Origin: an uncultured Chloroflexia bacterium
GTDB taxonomy: Bacteria; Chloroflexota; Limnocylindria; QHBO01
Assembly: GCA_963773405.1 (NCBI GenBank)
Contig: CAVZAQ010000005.1
Coordinates: 133,113-197,112 of the forward strand
Direction: 5' to 3'
DNA: 64,000 nt
Shown here: piece after piece, positions 60,345 to 64,000 of the stretch
Layout of the letters: every line of letters begins with the position of its first letter
Numbering within the stretch: position 1 is the first letter of the stretch
Notes under the pieces: generated by a model
The model's database searches: none
What the model was told of the DNA's origin: nothing
What the model saw: only the letters and a program-made list of their open reading frames with translations
Translations under genes and position numbers: made by a program

Positions 60345-62741
60345 TCAGTGCCCTTCCGCTGCGCGGGCCTGGTCGATCCAGCCGCAGACGCGCTCGGGGG
60401 TGATCGGCAGCTCGTTCACGAAGGCGTACCCGAATGGGCTGATGGCGTCCTCGACCGCCGAGGCGATCACCGGTCCGGGGGCGATCGCTCCGCTCTCGCC
60501 CATCCCCTTCATCCCGCCCGGGGTGAACGCGGAGGGCGTCTCCAGGTGCGTCACCTCGATGTTCGGAATATCGGTGGCGGACGGGAGCAGGTAATCGAGG
60601 AAGGTGGTCGTCAGCAGCTGGCCCTCGTCGTCGTAGACGAGCTCCTCGAGCAGGGCGCCGCCGATGCCCTGGGCGATCCCCCCGTGCACCTGGCCGTCCA
60701 CGATGAGCGGGTTGATCATCCGGCCGCAGTCCTCGATCACCACGTAGCGCAGCAGCTTCACGGCGCCGGTCTCCGCATCGAGCTCCACGACCGCCAGCTG
60801 GGCGGAGTTGGCGAAGGTCCCGTTGCCCGGATCCGCGTCATACGAAGCGCCCGCTTCCAGCATCGGCTCCATGCCGGCGGGGAGCTTCTCCGGGCGGTGG
60901 TACGCGAAGCGTGCCAGGTCGCGGACGCTGATGGCGCGTTCGGCCTGTCCCTTGACCCGCACCCGGGCGTCGACGAGCTCGACCTCGCTCATCTCGACCT
61001 CGAGCAGGTGCGCCCCGAAGCGCAGGAGCATCTCCCGGATCGCGGCGCTGGCCCGGATCGCCGCGCCGCCGGCGAGGACCGCGCTGCGGCTGGCGAAGGT
61101 GCCCATCCCGTACGGGGTGGTGGCCGTGTCGCCGAACCGCACGCGCACGTCGTCGAGCGGAATGGTGAGCTGGTCGGCCACGACCTGCGCATAGGTCGTC
61201 TCGTGGCCCTGGCCGTGGGAATGGGTCGAGGCGTGGACGGTCACCTTGCCGGAGGGGTCCATGCGGACCGTCGTCGCCTCGTAGCCGAAGATGATCGGCA
61301 CGCCGCGCTTGATGAACTCGTTGGTGGTATGCGCCGTCTGCTCGGTGTAGCAGCCGATGCCGATCCCCAGGTGCCGTCCCTGGCGGCGGGCCGCTTCCTG
61401 CATGCGCCGCAGCCCGTCGTAGTCCGACGCCTCGAGGAGCGCGTCGAGCGACTCCAGGAAGCTCCCGGAGTCGTAGACCAGGCCCGTCACCGAGGTGTAC
61501 GGGAACTCGTCGGGCCGCACGAGGTTGCGGCGGCGAACCTCGATGGGATCGATCCCCACCGCGTGCGCGATGGCGTCCATCACCCGCTCGATGGTGAAGC
61601 ACGCGGCGGGGCGGGAGACGCCCCGGTACGGCCCCAGTGGGCACTTGTTGGTGGTGACGCTGTACCCCTCGCACTCGTAGTTGCGGAGCCGATACGGGCC
61701 GGGCAGGATGCCCAGCGCCATGCCGGTGTCCATGGTCGCGGTCCACGGATAGACCGAGTAGGCGCCGCAGTCGACGTACATGAGCACGCGCAGGGCGAGC
61801 AGGTGCCCGTCGCGGTCGTACGCGACGCGCGCGGTGTGGTGGTGCTCGCGGGCATGGATGCTCGCCAGCAGGTGCTCACGCCGGTCCTCGATCCACTTCA
61901 CCGGCCGCCCGCTCTCCATGGCCAGCACGGCGACCGCGATCTCCTCCGGGAACAGGTTGCCCTTCACCCCGAAGCCGCCGCCCACGTCGGGGGAGATGAC
62001 CCGAACCCGGTGCTCCGCCATCCCCAGGCTGTCCGCCAGGCCGGTGCTCACCAGGTGCGGGATCTGCGTCGAGGTCCAGAGGGTGAGGGTCTCCTCGGCC
62101 CGGTCGTACTGCGCGATGCAGCCGCGGTTCTCCATGGGGATGCCGGTCTGCCGATGGGTGGTGAGGTCCAGCTCCAGGACGCCGTCCGCCGCGGCGAATG
62201 CCGCATCCGGGTCGCCGCCGGTGAAGTGGCGCTTGACGAAGAAGTTGTCCTCCCAGCCGTCGTGCAGGCGCGGAGCGCCATCACGGATGGCGTCCGCCAC
62301 CGAGGCCACCACCTCGCGGGGCTCATAGTCGACCTCGACCAGGGCGGCCGCATCCTCGGCCAGGTACCGGTCGTCGGCGAGCACGGCGGCCACGGCCTCG
62401 CCGGTGAAGAGGACTCGATCCCGGGCGAGCGGCGGGAAGCCGGTTCCCTGCCAGGACGGGTAGGTCGAGTCGCATCGGATGGGAGCCGCCCGGCTCGCCA
62501 TCTGGGCGCCGGTCATCACCAGGTGGACGCCGGGGGCGGCGAGTGCCGCGGTGGTGTCGACGGAGCCGATGTCGGCGTGCGCCATCGGGCTCCGCACGAA
62601 CGCGACCTCCAGCATGCCGGGCAGCACGATGTCGTCGACGTACTGCGCCAGGCCGAGCAGGAAGCGCGGGTCCTCCGTGCGCCTGATGCGCGCGCCCACC
62701 AGGGGCTCGGAACGCGGCAGGGCCGGCGCGACGTCAACCAT
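60345..62741 (-). CDS. xanthine dehydrogenase-family molybdenum hydroxylase large subunit (CoxL-like, not CO dehydrogenase)
   Basis: RTEDPRFL, STQIPH, DVGGGFG, active-site loop PYRGVSR, HGQGHET, FASRS, GQVHGG, KGMGESG. Confidence 0.93.
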   Translation of the reverse strand: MVDVAPALPRSEPLVGARIRRTEDPRFLLGLAQYVDDIVLPGMLEVAFVRSPMAHADIGSVDTTAALAAPGVHLVMTGAQMASRAAPIRCDSTYPSWQGTGFPPLARDRVLFTGEAVAAVLADDRYLAEDAAALVEVDYEPREVVASVADAIRDGAPRLHDGWEDNFFVKRHFTGGDPDAAFAAADGVLELDLTTHRQTGIPMENRGCIAQYDRAEETLTLWTSTQIPHLVSTGLADSLGMAEHRVRVISPDVGGGFGVKGNLFPEEIAVAVLAMESGRPVKWIEDRREHLLASIHAREHHHTARVAYDRDGHLLALRVLMYVDCGAYSVYPWTATMDTGMALGILPGPYRLRNYECEGYSVTTNKCPLGPYRGVSRPAACFTIERVMDAIAHAVGIDPIEVRRRNLVRPDEFPYTSVTGLVYDSGSFLESLDALLEASDYDGLRRMQEAARRQGRHLGIGIGCYTEQTAHTTNEFIKRGVPIIFGYEATTVRMDPSGKVTVHASTHSHGQGHETTYAQVVADQLTIPLDDVRVRFGDTATTPYGMGTFASRSAVLAGGAAIRASAAIREMLLRFGAHLLEVEMSEVELVDARVRVKGQAERAISVRDLARFAYHRPEKLPAGMEPMLEAGASYDADPGNGTFANSAQLAVVELDAETGAVKLLRYVVIEDCGRMINPLIVDGQVHGGIAQGIGGALLEELVYDDEGQLLTTTFLDYLLPSATDIPNIEVTHLETPSAFTPGGMKGMGESGAIAPGPVIASAVEDAISPFGYAFVNELPITPERVCGWIDQARAAEGH

Positions 62742-63246
62742 CCGTCCGGCCCTCGTTCGCCATCTGCCGGGCGGCGGCCCGGATCGCCTCGACGATGAAC
62801 ACGTAGCCCGTGCAGCGGCAGATGTTGCCGGCGATCGCCTCGCGGATCTCCTCGTCGGTGGGATCGGGATTCGTGGCGAGCAGCTCCTTCGCCACCATGA
62901 TCATGGCCGGGGTGCAGAAGCCGCACTGCAGGCCGTGGTGATCCCAGAACGCCTGCTGGAGCGGGTGGAGGTCGGTCCGGTCGGAGCCGAGGCCCTCGAT
63001 CGTCTCCAGGCTGGCGCCGTCGATCTGGGCGGCGAAGAGGAGGCAGGAGCGAACGCTCTCCCCGTCGAGCAGGACCGTGCAGGCGCCGCAGACGCCGTGC
63101 TCGCAGCCGACGTGGGTCCCGGACAGCCCCAGGTCGTGGCGGATGAAGTCGGAGAGCAGGAGACGGGGATCGACGCGCGCCCGGCGCGCCTCGCCGTTCA
63201 CGGTGAACCCGATCTCGATCGCGGGCCGGTCGTCGGTCATGCTCAT
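62734..63246 (-). CDS. molybdenum hydroxylase 2Fe-2S subunit (CoxS-like)
   Basis: [30 protein letters not shown]. Confidence 0.95.
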   Translation of the reverse strand: MSMTDDRPAIEIGFTVNGEARRARVDPRLLLSDFIRHDLGLSGTHVGCEHGVCGACTVLLDGESVRSCLLFAAQIDGASLETIEGLGSDRTDLHPLQQAFWDHHGLQCGFCTPAMIMVAKELLATNPDPTDEEIREAIAGNICRCTGYVFIVEAIRAAARQMANEGRTDG

Positions 63247-64000
63247 TTGCTTCGCTCCGCGGTTGCCACGGCGTCGGTCACCGCCCGCTCAACCAGCACG
63301 CGCACCAGGCGCCGGCGGAACTCGGCACTGGCGTGAATGTCCGATTCGGCATCGACCACCGAGGCCGCCCGCCCGGACGCCTCGTGGACCGCCGCGGTGC
63401 CCGTGGATCCGATGAGCGCCTGCTCCGCATCGGTCGCGCGAACCGGGCGCTCCGACACGCCGGCGATCCCCAGGCGCGCCTCGCTGATCGCTCCGTTCGT
63501 CACCCGAAGGTGGGCGGCAACGGCCACGATCGCGAAGTCGCCCGTCTTGCGAACCGACTCGTGAAAGCCCCATCCATCGCCGGGGGCCATGGCCCTGAAG
63601 CGGATCTCGTGCAGGACCTCGTCCGGGGCGAGCGCGGTGGTGAAGTAGGTCTGGAAGAAGTCCACCGCGGGAATCAGGCGCTCGCCGGCGGGGCCGACGA
63701 CGGCCATCTCGGCGTCCAGGGTGAGGGCGATGCACGGCATCTCCGAGACGGGGTCCGCGTGGGCCAGGCTCCCGCCCAGCGTCCCCCGGTGGCGGATGGC
63801 CGGATACCCGATTCGGGCGGCGGCATCGGCGAGCAGGGGGCAGCGATCACGGACCAGGCTCGAGGTCGCCACGACGTGGTGCCGGGTCATGGCGCCGATG
63901 GCGATCCCGTCCTCGCCCAGGTCGCGAACGTAGGCGAGATCGGCCACCCGGTTGAGGTCGACCAGGACCGATGGCTGCGCGAGCCGGAGGTTCATCATGG
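63243..64000 (-). CDS. molybdenum hydroxylase FAD-binding subunit (CoxM-like; 5' end beyond window edge)
   Basis: MNLRLAQP..LVDLN, IGAMTRH, AIRHRGTLGGSLAHADP, GDFAIV, DIHASAEFRR. Confidence 0.93.
   Translation of the reverse strand, partial: MMNLRLAQPSVLVDLNRVADLAYVRDLGEDGIAIGAMTRHHVVATSSLVRDRCPLLADAAARIGYPAIRHRGTLGGSLAHADPVSEMPCIALTLDAEMAVVGPAGERLIPAVDFFQTYFTTALAPDEVLHEIRFRAMAPGDGWGFHESVRKTGDFAIVAVAAHLRVTNGAISEARLGIAGVSERPVRATDAEQALIGSTGTAAVHEASGRAASVVDAESDIHASAEFRRRLVRVLVERAVTDAVATAERSK

Noticed and set aside
59823-62798. Long antisense or alternative-frame ORFs (for example 991 aa here, also 23784-26024, 18198-20354, 6545-8533, 50401-52269)
   Set aside because: They are shadow ORFs of well-supported genes on the opposite strand, expected at this GC content, with no family motifs.
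60345-64000. Aerobic CO dehydrogenase (coxMSL)
   Set aside because: The gene order fits, but the large subunit lacks the Cu-binding AYxCSFR motif and no coxDEFG genes follow.

Overview
A very GC-rich, gene-dense bacterial chromosomal segment. Gene content and style suggest Chloroflexota (possibly Limnocylindria/Ellin6529-like) or an actinobacterium-like lineage, but this is inference only. I found no rRNA, tRNA, CRISPR array, integrase or transposase. Many genes, including housekeeping ones such as trxB, are broken by single-base indels that look like long-read consensus errors, so they are annotated as CDSs reconstructed across frames. Main modules in order: an ABC-2 exporter; a translationally coupled LLM oxidoreductase + MenA-type prenyltransferase + CPBP protease triad; a 3-blade lectin-like protein; tryptophanase; SppA; an MFS-cNMP fusion; an Eis-like GNAT; a respiratory block (fused CtaA-CtaB, CtaG, a group 3b [NiFe]-hydrogenase operon with fused beta/gamma subunits, and an A1 heme-copper oxidase whose subunit II carries an extra type-1 blue-copper domain); IspG; TlpA/CcdA/TrxB; TetR-MMPL with a clear promoter and two operators; several LLM enzymes; PFOR (NifJ) with a DHOD-like partner; a GH15 glucoamylase with a sugar porter; and a molybdenum hydroxylase / C-N hydrolase / DUF2848 / cupin / LLM catabolic operon running off the right edge. 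Many genes have a -10 box 5-7 nt before the start codon, suggesting widespread leaderless translation. The best candidates for undescribed biology are the LLM-MenA-CPBP triad, the cupredoxin-fused oxidase subunit II and the Mo-hydroxylase operon.
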